Shown here in pieces: positions 10,449-23,081 of a stretch of 64,000 nucleotides of DNA. The notes under the pieces were generated by a model that saw only the letters and a list, made by a program, of their open reading frames with translations, was not told where the DNA came from and searched no databases. The number at the start of each line of letters is the position of its first letter. Position 1 is the first letter of the stretch. The stretch is from Plasmodiophora brassicae (taxonomy: Eukaryota), in the NCBI GenBank assembly GCA_036867785.1, contig CP145419.1, positions 682,001 to 746,000 on the forward strand, given 5' to 3'. A program made the position numbers and the translations under genes.

Positions 10449-10833
10449 GACCCAATCAGATATGGATTTGCGGCACCCGCTGACTTCATCTTTGTATCGA
10501 CTGCCAACGTGTCCGCGTGATCAACCCATACGGCGGCGATCCTTTGTCCGTGGCCTGTTCGTCCGACTCCAAGCGCCGGTTATTTGTGTCGATTTGTGCA
10601 CTGTACGCAAATGCGTACACAGTCATGGGTCGGGGAGCCAGCGCATTTCGCCTTGCCCGCAAACCCATTAATTGCCGACGCGGAATTGCGAGACATTGGT
10701 TCACGGCAGTGCCACCCGTCCAGAGCCACTTAGCATGACTAAGTATTCCAGTGTCACCCCATTGTGAGTCACGCTGACAAGATGTCGGAAACGTAGTCGC
10801 AGATCGATCGCGTCATTCATATTTGTAGGGAAT

Positions 10834-11625
10834 ATGCCAGCGCCAGAGAAAAGGCTGCGCCTCGACAGAGCGTGCAAACGAACGCGTTCACAATGCGAAC
10901 CTAGCGCGAAGACGTCGGTGAAGAAGACCAGGAAGTCGGCAAAGAAGAACGCGAACGTAAAGGTCACCGGGGTCGGGAAGGTCGCACAGTTACAGGCGAA
11001 GCTGGGACTAACACGTGCAATGCTGATGGGACCACAGCAGCAGGAGAAGGCGATGGCGTCTACACCCGAACGCAAGCGCCCGTTCACATGCTTGACAACG
11101 AAAACACCCTCGTCCCACAAAACGATGCAGCGCCCTATCGTGAAGGGAAAGCGCCGGCGTCCTCCAACTATCCGCGCTTTCGCTGTTTAGATATACGATT
11201 TGGTGAGAATGGATACGACACGTTTCTGACGGAAATCATACAGCTAGCCCGGCTTCGGACCAGGTCATGACATCAGCGGTGCATAAATACTGTAGGCGAT
11301 GCCGGGGCAACCGCCGTCGTTCGCTTTGTATTTATCTCTGCCAATCGGGCCATCTGTACGTACCTATGCCGGCCTGTCACGATGCTCTTGACCATCAGAA
11401 TTGAGCGTTGATCCTACGCGGCAGCACTGGGTTGCTCACTATCGCGTGTGCGTCTATCACCATGATCTTCGTTCGCGAACGGGAGAAAAAGCAATCCGAC
11501 CTGAGCCGCCTCGAATGTTCAGTCGCTGGGTTGACGATCTGGTGAATGGGGATGGGCTCACCGAGAAAGCGGATCTATGTCGATACACTATAGAGGTTTG
11601 GCCCGACGAGCCAAGTGAGGGCTGA
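10834..11625 (+). CDS. Hypothetical orphan protein with Lys/Arg-rich N-terminus, probably multi-exon
   Basis: Consecutive + strand ORFs 10834-11190, 11088-11270 and 11401-11625 with plausible splice sites; no recognised motif. Confidence 0.3.
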
Positions 11626-11825
11626 GGACTCTCACTGGACCAGTGCTGCAGAGGGCCAAGGCCGTTCGACATTACCCGATAAAGTAGAAGTAATCGCGTA
11701 CATTACAGGTTAGGAATGGTCTCGACCTCAGTGCTCACGTCCTTGAAGACACCGTGTCGATCGTATCCAGTTTAATTGTTGTCAGGCATTTGAACTGGTC
11801 GTTAGATTTTACTGGCAGAACCGTC

Positions 11826-12110
11826 ATGCAACCAGCTGCCCCTGCGAATACGTTCTTGCGGCGGGACCACAATTGTGTTGCGGGCGTTGCCGTGATCCTC
11901 CTCGTGTCCTGCGTACTAAGTCATACCGGTCGGTGGACATGGTCGCCACTCGAACGTCGGGAAAGGAGAAAGCTCAGCTGGACCGCAAAGTCGGCCACCT
12001 GATTGTCGCTTTGGAGAGCAACGTGTACACGCATGATGAGGTCATCAAAGAGGTCCATGCTATTATCGATATGTGACGCAATCTGGATCGATGCAACGAG
12101 CTGCTGAGGA
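11826..12110 (+). pseudogene. Frameshifted paralog of the 12361-12735 membrane-anchored protein
   Basis: MQPAAPANTFLRRDHNCVAGVAVILLV ~ MEPAQQSSFTHRNLKWVLCAVALAIV; in another frame KEKAQLDRKVGHLIVALE ~ EKQAELDHLLDRMIEDIE; LDRCNELL ~ CDRYNDVL. Confidence 0.5.
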
Positions 12111-12360
12111 GCGTAGCTTGCAGGATACTGTCACAGTTATATTATTGTACACACAAACGTCACGGCAGTCAGATGCTGGCCCGAACAATGTCGTCTGGTT
12201 CGTTTCTCCAACGGGTCAACACATCTCGCCGGCTCCGAATTAATCCAGCTAGTGATCACATCGCGGCTTAAATCCCATGGCAAGATGGCGATGCCGACGT
12301 TATTCCGTTAATCTATTCGTTCGTAGTAGGACGCGTTTGGCGCCGTTGCTTACTAATATC

Positions 12361-12735
12361 ATGGAACCCGCCCAACAGTCGTCGTTCACGCACAGGAATC
12401 TGAAATGGGTTCTATGCGCAGTCGCTCTGGCCATTGTTGGAGGCATCTTCATTACGGCGAACCTCATCTTGATCAGCCGTAAGCAGGCAGAGAAGCAGGC
12501 CGAACTGGACCATCTGCTCGATCGCATGATTGAGGATATCGAGGCCGGCGAGCTGCACAGCATGGGAGACATCGACGAAGCCATCAGCTATGTAATTAGC
12601 GGGTACAATGGCCTGAGACCCCACCCGGACTCTGACTGGAACCAACGCTTCAAACGCACGTGCGACCGGTACAACGACGTCCTGCTAGACCATGGCTTCT
12701 ACGACGGATTTGTCCACTTCAGGCCTCGTACCTGA
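12361..12735 (+). CDS. Small orphan protein with N-terminal signal-anchor helix
   Basis: Intact 124-aa ORF with WVLCAVALAIVGGIFITANLILI followed by a helical region. Confidence 0.6.
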   Translation: MEPAQQSSFTHRNLKWVLCAVALAIVGGIFITANLILISRKQAEKQAELDHLLDRMIEDIEAGELHSMGDIDEAISYVISGYNGLRPHPDSDWNQRFKRTCDRYNDVLLDHGFYDGFVHFRPRT

Positions 12736-13054
12736 CCGAGTAACCAGTAAACACCTGCTGGCTGGATTAGGTATACCTAGTACCTGCTCGCGCCATGCAC
12801 CAGTACATAGAAGGAACCGACTTTGGAACATTCCGGAGTAGGGGCTGCAGCTGACCGCCAGTCGGCAGGTCAGGTGTGGCGTACCCGACTGGCGCACAAA
12901 GTATTCCACGCACAATATCTCCAGTGGCGGTCGTTCGCGCTGACGTGGCATTCCCAGTTGGTGATCATCAGCCGGGTCGCCGAGGGCGCTTCGGTTAACG
13001 GGGATTGCTGGTAGTAGTAGCGATCGCGTGCCGCGCGTATAGTCACAGATTACG

Positions 13055-13992
13055 ATGGCGTCGTTCGCGTCGTCGTCCCCGCTGCCGTTCGGGCTAGGTC
13101 GGTCAGGTGGGCCGCGCGGTGCCGACTGCAGATGCTGACCTTGTCTGGCCCGCAGGGAACCCGTTCTCATGGTCGTCCATGACGCAGACGTCGTATATTA
13201 CGAAGCGTGCGCAGTCGCAGCTCGCCAAGGTCTATATGACGCTGGCCGCCACCGTCCTGGCGGCCGCTGCGGGGTCATACTCGTCACTGTACGTGCGGGA
13301 ACCATTGACGTCGTCGCTTGTGGCATATAACTTCTGCGCATCTAGGAAATGGAACGTCTTCACTGATCCGTCGGTGCCGTCGCTTCTGACGTTCGTCGTC
13401 ATGATGGCGTTAACGTTCATGCAACCGAGCAAGTCGAACGAGGCGATTCGGTTCGGGATGCTGATGACGTTCGGGTTCCTGGACGGGTGTGTCCTGGCAC
13501 CACTCATTGGGTTGTCGATCCGTCTTGACCCGTCTGTTCTCGTCACGGCGCTCCTTTCCACGACCTTGGTGTTCATGTGCTTCTCGATATCGGCGCTTAC
13601 GTCCTCGGTACAGTCATGTCGTTTGTGTGGATTGGTTCGTAACGTTCCTATTAACTGTGGTTCAACAGCGACGATCTCTTCTTTACCTTGGTGGCATACT
13701 GTCTTCGACGGTTTCATTCATGCTGCTGGCCAGCCTCTTGAACGTGTTCTTCCGGTCGACGTTCGTTCCCTGGATGCAGATCTACCTGGGCCTCATCGTC
13801 TTCTGCGGGTTCATCATGTTTGACACCCAGTTGATGATCGAGCAGATCCTGTCGGGGAATGACAACTACATCACGATGGCGCTCAACCTGTTCGTCGACC
13901 TTGTCGCCGTCTTCGTTCGCATCCTTATCATTCTCCTCAACAACACTGAGAAGAAGCGTGACGAGGACCACCGCCGCAGCCGTCATCGCTGA
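13055..13992 (+). CDS. TMBIM6: Bax inhibitor-1
   Basis: LAKVYMTL, YLGGILSS, YLGLIVFCGFIMFDTQLMIE, ALNLFVDLVAVFVRILIIL plus charged tail; about 3 introns. Confidence 0.92.
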
Positions 13993-14099
13993 ATTGATGC
14001 TTATCTTCCAAAGCGTACTCGTTTCTTCTGCGATGTTATAAACTTTTCGTCAGGGCAATGGTCATCGTTTACTGTTCGTAATTGGCGCCTTGTACTGCC

Positions 14100-14414
14100 T
14101 CACCTGCAGCAACAGCAGAGCATCTTCTTTAACATTTCCTGAAGACAGCAACAGAGCACGCACGGCACGACAATGCAGGCCGCAACGATGAGGGCGACCC
14201 ACACCCAGAAGTGCTCGTCCCACAACGATTGCGATTGTTTAACATCGCCCTTCATCGCCGCTGCAGCCGTATCCATAACCCTCTGCTTGACGCCGTTCAC
14301 AGTCGTTCCACCAGATTTCTGGGCGCGGTGCCGGATCGCGCCTTCCACCACCAGCAGGCAGGACGCGAGATACACGGCCACGGCGAAGACGCACAGGGTT
14401 CGGATAGAGAGCAT
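14100..14414 (-). CDS. Small single-pass membrane protein with signal peptide and Cys-rich tail
   Basis: Signal MLSIRTLCVFAVAVYLASCLLVVEG; TM FWVWVALIVAACIVVPCVL; tail CCC...MLCCCCR. Confidence 0.65.
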   Translation of the reverse strand: MLSIRTLCVFAVAVYLASCLLVVEGAIRHRAQKSGGTTVNGVKQRVMDTAAAAMKGDVKQSQSLWDEHFWVWVALIVAACIVVPCVLCCCLQEMLKKMLCCCCR

Positions 14415-14961
14415 AGCGGCCCGGTTCGTGGTTAATGGCAGCGGGTGTCCAGGCCTGACGACGTCTTTTTAGAATGACGCGACAACGGTGGGCGGCAAGG
14501 TCAAACCGCGCAAATTCCGCCATGGAATGACGATCCTTGATCCGGGATCCCCCGGCCGCGTAAACCAAGAATAGCAATGTCCGGGCGCGCGACTGTGCAG
14601 GTTTCGAGCGGCTCGCAGCGACGGACGTTGATGGGGACGGCTCCAGGACCGCTCCATGCCTTGGCGCGGGTTAAACCGGGGATACGCATAGCCGCCCAGC
14701 GGCGTCGTTGTCGGTGCAACGAATGTGCCACATCCTTGTGGGCGCGCTTAGTCACAGATTTTAATATCCATTAAGTGGCCAGTTACCGACCCGAAAAGAC
14801 GGGGGTCGATGAGCGGTGGCGGGCTCCCCTTCGTCGCGTTGTCTCCAGGTCACTGTCGGTTTTATCCGTCAAATACTGCCCCCTGATGTGCATTGACTAG
14901 TCGGGTCTGGACTTTGTTCAGCGTTGGCCGCCCGTGCCGAAGGCATTAGAGATCAATTCCG

Positions 14962-15918
14962 ATGGTCGTTACTCGATCGCGATCGACGCGGGCCCAGCTG
15001 TTGCGATTATGGCGCCAGCTCACCGAGAGCGCCCCGATGCGGATCACGAACGGCCAGCTGGAGCGGCTTCAGGATCCTTCATCCAGCGATTGCAGATCGT
15101 TCAAGAGGTTCCTGCTCGGTCTGGTGGACACTGCCGATCCCGCCCAAGGCCTAGGTCGCGTCGCCATCTACAAAACGTGTCTCGACTTGGGATACCACGA
15201 CCTGTACCCTGCCATCATCAAAGCCATGGCTCAGCACTTCGAGGAGACCATGGCAGAGGAAGAGTTCCCGTCATTGCCCGACGACGACATGTTCGAACTG
15301 GTGTCGTCCGGCTGGGTCTGGGTTCCAACTGAAAGCGCTCTCGTCGCCGGGATCTGGACCTGGGTTCACGCGAATCCAACGGCCCGTCTTCGATTTTCTG
15401 GCCCGTTGCTGGATCACGTCAACTGGGGCAGGTGGACGGCGACAGATATGGAGACGGTAGCGGATCGCGACCTGGCACGTCTTGTCAACGAGCGCATCCA
15501 TCGAGTACCCGATGGGAGCGGTAGCCCTGCCCGGCGATGGCGCTGCGTCCAGCTTCGTGTGCCGATACCCGATCGCCAATTCCACACGGGCGAGAAGCGA
15601 TTCCGGATGGGGCCGTATTCATGGCACGCTCGACTGTACGCGACCCAGGGCGCTTCCACTGTCGGGCCAATGTGGTACAAGATACGCCTGACTCTCGAGC
15701 ATGCCCCGAGCCCCGGATTCGAGACCACGATCGTCGTGGCACTGGGCAGTTCAACATCGCAACCGCTGGCGGTCGCCAACAAGAAACCTGTCGTGTGGAC
15801 AACGGTCGGACACAGCGTCGAGATGAACGCGTTCCCGATTCATGGCCTAGGGCAGCGCGCCGCCAACCTGGTCGTGGACGGCGCCCTTCAGTGTGAACTC
15901 CTTCTGTCCGCGTCTTGA
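14962..15918 (+). CDS. BACK-like + MATH-like domain protein (true 5' exons probably upstream, ~14.5-14.9 kb)
   Basis: FPSLPDDDMFELVSS...ESALVAGIWTWVHANP...LLDHVNW (BACK-like); FRMGPYSWHARLY (MATH-like). Confidence 0.55.
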   Translation: MVVTRSRSTRAQLLRLWRQLTESAPMRITNGQLERLQDPSSSDCRSFKRFLLGLVDTADPAQGLGRVAIYKTCLDLGYHDLYPAIIKAMAQHFEETMAEEEFPSLPDDDMFELVSSGWVWVPTESALVAGIWTWVHANPTARLRFSGPLLDHVNWGRWTATDMETVADRDLARLVNERIHRVPDGSGSPARRWRCVQLRVPIPDRQFHTGEKRFRMGPYSWHARLYATQGASTVGPMWYKIRLTLEHAPSPGFETTIVVALGSSTSQPLAVANKKPVVWTTVGHSVEMNAFPIHGLGQRAANLVVDGALQCELLLSAS

Positions 15919-16249
15919 CCAATACAACTCGGCATCAGCGGATCCCAGCACTTTGTCCTTCTAGGGCAGCGCTACAGGTACGCGTACGTCGTCGACTGAG
16001 ACACTGTCGTGCAGCTGGGTAGCGTGCGACGACCGGGGGCCGCAGTTGCCTCAGGATGTAGCTCGGCGACTGGGACGCAGTTTCACGTACGCATAGCTCG
16101 ACGACTGGGACCCGGTTGCAGCTTCGCATGATGACAAGCGGTAGCAATGTGCAGCTACGGTAGCTTGGCGACTGGCGGAGCAGTGCTGAGCTGCAGCCCC
16201 CCGTGGGGCGACTGCGGCATGGTCAGTGACTCAGTGGCGCAGTTCGCTA

Positions 16250-17684
16250 ATGGCGTCGGCGTCGTTATCGGTGTTCGAAGCGTGCCAGGCGAGGCTGGAG
16301 CGCGCCGGCGTCCGCGACGTCGGTAACCTGCTGGCGTTCGCCGACGATCCAGAAGTGATCGTTGAGATGGTTCCTGGGCAGGTTGCTGCGCGCGACCTGC
16401 CCGGCGGCCTGGTTGTTCGTGGATCATACGGCCGTTCGGTCAGCAAGGCCGGCGTGCATGCTGTTGTTGCAGAAGGCTCCGTTAAATGGCATGTCGATGG
16501 CCGCACTGTCGATCCTGTGTTCGTGGACGGGTCGGATCTGATCGGCCCGAACCGTGTCGTTCTGCACACGCGCGTACCGCGACCCATCCCCGCGTCTGCC
16601 CATGTACAATGTCGTGTTCAGGGTCGGCTTCTGCTATCGAACGATTCGACGCCATGTGCGAACCTGTTGGGCAAGCGCCCATCGGCCAACCTCGCCTTCT
16701 CGCATCCGTTCGCGGCGCCCTTCACCGATCGCGTTATCTCGGTCGATGCTCTCTGCCCGGCGTCAAAGCCGGTCACTGCTCCCGTTGTCTCCTGCGACGT
16801 TGCTCCTGTCGTTCTTGATGCGGTCGCCATTGTTCCTCGAAGGACCCCGTTCTGTGAGGCGTTTGACTTGCTGCGTCGACAGCTCGAGGGCAGCACTGCC
16901 AGCCGCGTGTTCCATGCCATTCCAGATGTTGCCGCATGCGTCAGCCTTGCCTCTGGTCTAGTACTGTCCCCTACATTCGTCGACGGTCAACGTCTGTACA
17001 ACATCCACCGCCGGGTTCGCCCGTCTGGTATCGAGTTCGGGAAGACGCACCTGGTTCGCGGCCCGTACGCCTATTACCATTACCTGCAGGACGGGTTCAA
17101 TGATGATGGATGGGGATGCGCCTACCGATCCCTGCAGACCCTCTGGTCATGGGGAAACTTTCAAGGATGCCTCAGGCAACCCGTTCCGTCGCACCGGGAG
17201 ATCCAGGAGATCCTCGCGAGGATCGAGGACAAGCCGTCCAACTTTATCGGATCGAAACAGTGGATTGGCGCGTACGACGTTGTAGGTGCAGTGCTGTGTC
17301 CCATTGGCAATCGGTCTGACCCTGGTCCGGTTTTAGAGCCTTATATTGAATGAGGTTGGGCTGGTCTGCAAGCTGCTCAACCTAACGTCTGGGGCTGAAT
17401 TCGCCACACGAGGCCGGGAACTTGCCATGCATTTCGATACGCATGGGTCGCCGGTCACGATCGGCGGTGGCGTCTTGGCGTACACGCTGCTCGGCGTGGA
17501 TATCAACGAGTTCACCGGCGATGTTCGGTTCCTCATCATCGACCCGCACTACAAAGGTGCCGACGACGTCGACACGATCGTCTCGAAGGGGTGGTGCGCG
17601 TGGCATTCCGCCGACCTGTTCCTTCGCGACACCTTCTACAACCTGTGCATGCCCCAGAAGCCGATCCCAAGACCTGAATCGTAA
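16250..17684 (+). CDS. UFSP2: UFM1-specific cysteine protease 2
   Basis: YYHYLQDGFNDDGWGCAYRSLQTLWSW, FIGSKQWIG, IGGGVLAYT, FLIIDPHY; intron ~17282-17337. Confidence 0.93.
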
Positions 17685-17810
17685 GCCTAACCCCAACCGT
17701 CCACGGCAGAGCATCAAAGTCTAGAGCGCCACGGTTATCTAATTGGAAAGCACATCGTATACTTCCGCTACTATGCTGCATTCACACTTCTGCATTGCGC
17801 AGAATCATCA

Positions 17811-18985
17811 TCATTTAGAAATGGTCTTCCGAACGCCTCGAAGCTTCTGCCGGCGAGACGCTGCCGATTTCGTCTTCTTGCCCTTAGTCACGGGCGTCCC
17901 AGCAGGAGCGGGACTCGCCGCATCGGTGGCGATCGATGGCGTGTCGGTTCGCACCGAGCACAACGACGTAATTCGAAGGTTGGCTTCGAACGCGCCGAGG
18001 GGTACATCAGGACACTGCAGGTCCCAGAGAAGGATGCGCCCGTCGGATGACGCTGACGCCAGCAGGCCATGCTGGACGGACGCTAACGCGCTGACTCGCT
18101 TGTCATGGCCTTGTAGTACTGCGACGTCCTCGCCGGCAGTGCACGACCAGACGCGTATGGTGCCGTCGTCCGTGCCGGTCGCAACGTACGTTTCCGCGAT
18201 GAACGCGAACGACAGAACGCGACTGTCGTGCGCTAACGACCACAACAGGTTGCCGTTCCTATCCGACACCCTGCATTCCTTGTCGCACAGGAACGCGTAA
18301 TGCTCGCCAGACGGCGACCATTGCAGGGAATGAGTGCCCGTCTTCGCCTTGATCGAGAACACCTTCTTGAACGTGGCCAGATCCCAGATGCACAGCGAGC
18401 GATCCGCGCCGACGCTCAGGGCGACTGGGCTCGTCGGATGTAGAGCCAGGCCGGTGATGCGCCCTTTGTGCGCCGAGATCTTCGACAGGCAGTCCCACGA
18501 CTTCACCGACCACACACAGATCGTCCCGTCCTCCGCCCCGCTCAGCATGATGCCGTTCCCCATCTGCAGGTGCGTAATCGATGCTGGACGCACGCTGTTC
18601 GTCAATACCGCAACGTCAAGGGTTGGGCCACCGAGCTCAGCCGACCTGATTGTTCCATGAGCGACCCGATCTCGACCATCTTTGCGACGTCGTACAACCT
18701 GTTGGGAACATCGCGTGTCAGACAACGTCGAGGCAGCTGCGGGCATTCCAGAGACAACCGTATGATTTCGTCGTCGCCGGCAGAAGCAAGTACGTTGCCG
18801 CGGCTGGCCACGCATCGAACCGGGCCGCTATGCGCCGCCGTGGCATAGCGCCTGGTGAACGGGATCGCCGCCTGCCGATCCTCAGCGCTGTCCTCGGGCC
18901 GCAACACCAGGTCGAACCCGCACACGGCGCGATCGTACGACCCGCAGCACACATGGACGCGGGACGGCAGCGTCGTCGGCGCCAT
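17811..18985 (-). CDS. PAK1IP1: WD40 60S biogenesis factor PAK1IP1/Mak11
   Basis: N-terminal GSYDRAVCGF, LASAGDDEIIRL, HKGRITGLALHPTSPVALSVGADRSLCIWDL; basic tail. Confidence 0.8.
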
Positions 18986-19261
18986 CAGCGGCAGCGGCAG
19001 GACGGAATCTGCGCAAGGCCGCGGCCCGCTGCTCGACTGCAGCCGCTATTCCCAGCGCGGACCTGCGCAGGCGACCGCGCTGACTTGCGCTGCCACGACG
19101 CGAATTTTCCGAAGCTGCCTTCGGCATATTTGCGAGCAGCGCCAGTCAGTGACCCGTCTGCATGAACCACTTTCGGGCGAGTTGCAACCCCTCGGCCTGT
19201 GACCGAATCCGAAGCGCTGCTGGTTGCTGTACGTAGAGCGAGACGAGAATAGGGAGAAACG

Positions 19262-19609
19262 ATGGCGACGACGGACGTGGAGAACGTGGTGGAGGGGGCG
19301 ACAGGTGAGAAGAGCGAGTCGTCGGCGAAGGCGGCGGCCAATGCGCAGGTGACGATCCGGCAGACGGATATGCCGCCCGATATGCAGAAGGACGCGATCG
19401 CCGTCGCGATCGACGCGTTGAACACGTCGGCGATCGAGAAAGACATGGCGACGAAGATCAAGCAGGCGTTCGACGCCAAGTACCCGAAGTCGACATGGCA
19501 CTGCGTCGTCGGGAAGCATTATGCCGCGTCGATCAGCCACCAGACGAACTTCGAAATGTTCATGTCGATCAACGGCCAGACCATCATGTTGTTCAAATCA
19601 CAGGACTAA
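19262..19609 (+). CDS. Dynein light chain LC8-type
   Basis: DMPPDMQKDA...IEKDMATKIKQAFDAKYPKSTWHCVVGKHY...IMLFKS. Confidence 0.9.
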   Translation: MATTDVENVVEGATGEKSESSAKAAANAQVTIRQTDMPPDMQKDAIAVAIDALNTSAIEKDMATKIKQAFDAKYPKSTWHCVVGKHYAASISHQTNFEMFMSINGQTIMLFKSQD

Positions 19610-19678
19610 CGAGAGAGACAACGAGTGGCTCACACCGACGTGGAATGGAACAATCGTATATATTGTGTCGGCAGGGCG

Positions 19679-21510
19679 CTATTGGGCAGCCATGAACTTG
19701 GCGGTGCAATCCTCGCTACATGTCAGCATGGCCGGTTCCGTTTGCGATGTGGCAATCCAGGAGACGGACTGGATGGGCAATTAGAAAACGTGTGGGGTAT
19801 AGGATCGGTGCTGGTCACCTTCGTGTGCGCTGGGCTCTTTTTGACCATCTTGCCCGTTCGGGTGTCCCAGACGGTGATGTTGCCGGACAGCTCATCGCCG
19901 CTCAGGACGAACTCGTCGTTGTAGCTGAACGAGCTCTTGATCGACACTGTACGGAGCGACGTGTTGCTATGCATAGCGCCCTCCAATGTGTGCACAAGCC
20001 GCCCGGTTGCTACTTCCCACAATCGCGATGTGGAGTCCTGCGTGCCCCCGTTAGTTAGAGCCTGCATATGCGACGAACAGACTGCTCCGCTTACGCGTCC
20101 GCCCGACAGCAGGTACTTGCCGTTGATGGAGAATTGCAAGTTGGAAACGGGCGCGCTCGAATGTGCATTCGGAATGGTGCGGACACATTTGGCACTCACG
20201 CCATCCCACAGCTTTATGGTGCCATCGACGCCACAAGACGCAAAGTACGACGCCTGGTTCGCGTATCGAACGTACATGACAGGTCCGATGTGGAACGATT
20301 TCTGGTCCGGGGAGCAGAACCGTTGGAATGTCGTCATGTCGTACAAGTACACGGGTTCCCGGTCGGTGGCGCAGACCAGGAAGTCACCGGTCGGGTGGAA
20401 ATCGATGGAGTTGACACTGGAGTTCTCCCGAATTTGCTTGAATGAGCGTTTCTGCGTCGCCCTTTGCAGGTCGAACAGCTTGATGGACTGGTCTTGCGAC
20501 GACGACACCAGAATGTCGCGGACGGGATGGAATATGACCTGCGTGACCGGAGCGGAGTGGTCGTAATACGTCCGGATCACCGGTCTCGACGCCGATTCGT
20601 CCGACGTTGCCAGCTTTGACGCCTTTAACTGCGAATGATGATGCATCTTGTCGACATCAAGCTGTACGGCCGTAAGTGGCAGGACACTGATGTTATGGTC
20701 GACCCCGGGCTTACGTATTTGATGGAGAAATCGTTGCTGCCGGTCGCAGCGTAACTGCCATCAGGGCTAAAGCACCCGGCACGAACGGCGTTCTTATGAA
20801 GCGACACGAAGCGCACGGAATGGTCTGGGAATTTCCGGCTACGGCGAACGGTCAGTCCTGTCAATATGGGCCAGATGCCAAAGCAGGGTACCTGGGCATC
20901 GACGACGATTCCCGATCGATGGACAGGTCCTGCGCGTCTTCCTTCTCGCTGACCAGCGTTTTCGGTGAACGCGTGGGATGATGCTGCTCCAGTTCCTGCG
21001 ACAGTGTCAGAATCGAGAGAAAGGGGGAAACAAACGGGCCCGGTACGGTACCGCTTCCTCGGTTTCATCAACAGGCTCGCTGGCACCTGCTTCATCGGGT
21101 TTTTCTGCGTCAGGCTGTGAGTCTTCAGCAGCAGCCAGGGTCACGATCCGGGCAAGGTTGTTGTCCGGCAGCTTCGGGTCGATATCGACGCCGGACACTG
21201 TTGACAGGTTCGTGGCGATCTCGCCAAACCCATCGTCGGCGAGCTGGCGGATGATCAGCGTATACAAATGGACGTCGGCGGCTGACCTGACACCGCCCTC
21301 GACCATATCATCCTCAGCGGTGGATGCCTGGACGTCGGTGGCGCCGACGACATTGATATCGTCAATGACATTCATACCGCTCTCGTCAGCGACATTAGTA
21401 TCGTCAGCGACATTGGTATCGTCAGCTACATTGGTATCGTCAGCGACCTCCAGCGGGCCCGCATCCATTGCCTCCACAGGCACGTCGCCGACGGCATCGT
21501 CGACGTCCAT
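19679..21510 (-). CDS. CSTF1: Cleavage stimulation factor 50 kDa subunit
   Basis: Dimerisation domain LYTLIIRQLADDGF; WD40 repeats HKNAVRAGCFSPDG, PVIRTYYDH, DGTIKLWDGVSAKCV; several introns. Confidence 0.9.
21383..21447. repeat. 18-bp coding minisatellite (VADDTN x3.5) in the CSTF1 N-terminus
   Basis: TCGTCAGCGACATT(A/G)GTA tandem units. Confidence 0.9.
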
Positions 21511-21657
21511 CGTGCCGAACTCCGTGGCGTGTGCAGCTCATTCGACACTCGATTCATCAACGGACCGTCGTCGGACGCACGACGGGGGAACTGCAGATTG
21601 GTAGTTCGCACAGGGCGACCAGTGCCGCCCGATAGAAACATTGGGGCCATGTTCAGG

Positions 21658-23081
21658 TTATTCCGGGTTTAGTACGGGAGGGTCCGAGGGCGTTGCAACA
21701 GGGAACGACGTTTCTATCCGGACCTTGATGCTCTTGGACGTGAACATGGAGTACGAATTGTCGAACGTGAAGACCGCCTTGCCGGGCCGCGCTGGCGCTG
21801 TCCATGTGCCCCGAACCGTTGACACGTGCGACTGGATTCTCGAGGGCGGGAGGATGACTTCTTCGATTGGCGAATTGGCTGCATTGTCGTTGCACACGAA
21901 CCGGACATCGAGCCCGATGTCTTTGTCTGCAGACCTGACTGCCCATTCCAAGAGCATCCCGGGACCGACATCAATCTGAGTAGTGTGTCAAACTCAGAAG
22001 GCTTGCTGGCAGCAAGTTGCACGACGAATAACCGTTTTCTGCACGCTGCCTCCTGCAGCGACCACCGAGTTCTCGAATCCGGCGTCGTGATCGAAATGGG
22101 TAAACGGAACACGTTTGCAAGTTCCGCCGTAGCATTCCGGAAGTTGGTCGGGCGCGATGTACTTCAGAAGCGTGGCCCGATAATCGGAACCCACAATAAT
22201 GACCTATGCCGGCACGTGACGTTTCAGACTGCAACCCCGGTATCCAAATGAACGCCGAGGCAACCTTCTGCTGGGTTCTTTCGTTCAACAGAGGTTTGAC
22301 AATTGCCCAGATGTAATTGAACATCGATGGGGCGTTGATAACGATGGCCCTCGCCTGCCAACACGACGGTAAGCCGATTTGCAGGATTATTAAAACCAGA
22401 TCCCGACCATGTGCTCAACAAAGTTGGCCTGGGCAACTGCCATCGACCGTCTAAGCGTGGGTAACAACGTTGTCAAATGCTTCATCGACAGGCCTTGGAT
22501 GTCGATAATGCGGGTCATGCGAACCACGACACCACGTTCGTGACTTCTCGCGCCTAGCCACTGACTCTGTCGAACAATTATTATCAGCTCATGCGAACGC
22601 GTACTCTACGCCCAACGTTACAAGGTTCGCAACGAGATGAACCTGAAATGCTTCCATCTGTTCAACCGTAACGTGCGCACAGAACTCATTCGGTATGATC
22701 ATCCCCGGGCAGGAAACATCCACCGGGTTCCCATCAAGGTCCATAGAATATCTCGGGCTGTGTGATCCATAGGTCAGTTTGACGAACGCAGTGGGCAACA
22801 TACCGGCACCAACCACTGCGGGAAGTACCGCTGAATCATCTCGCCATGCGGAAACTTCTCGAGGTCGTTCGGATCCAGGTCGCGAACGGAAGCCGCAATG
22901 GCTTCGTACCCAATGGACGCCTTCCAAGCAATCGTGGCCTCGAGGTGCGCAATCGCCTCGTCCAGGTTGAACTTGAACGCCTTCATGAACCGATACTGAA
23001 TGTACGGGTCGTCTTCACGCCCTTTGAACCGCTCCTTCATCACCGCGAACTGCTCGGCGTACGTCGCCTGCAGCACCTCCA
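21658..23081 (-). CDS. SEC14-like lipid-binding protein (CRAL-TRIO + GOLD)
   Basis: RFMKAFKFNLDEA...IAWK; INAPSMFNYIWAIVKPLLNERTQQK; DQLPECYGG; FDNSYSMFTSK; multiple introns; start could extend to 23184. Confidence 0.85.

Noticed and set aside
17686-17698. Telomere-like CCTAACCCCAACC
   Set aside because: Single degenerate unit in a 3' UTR, not an array
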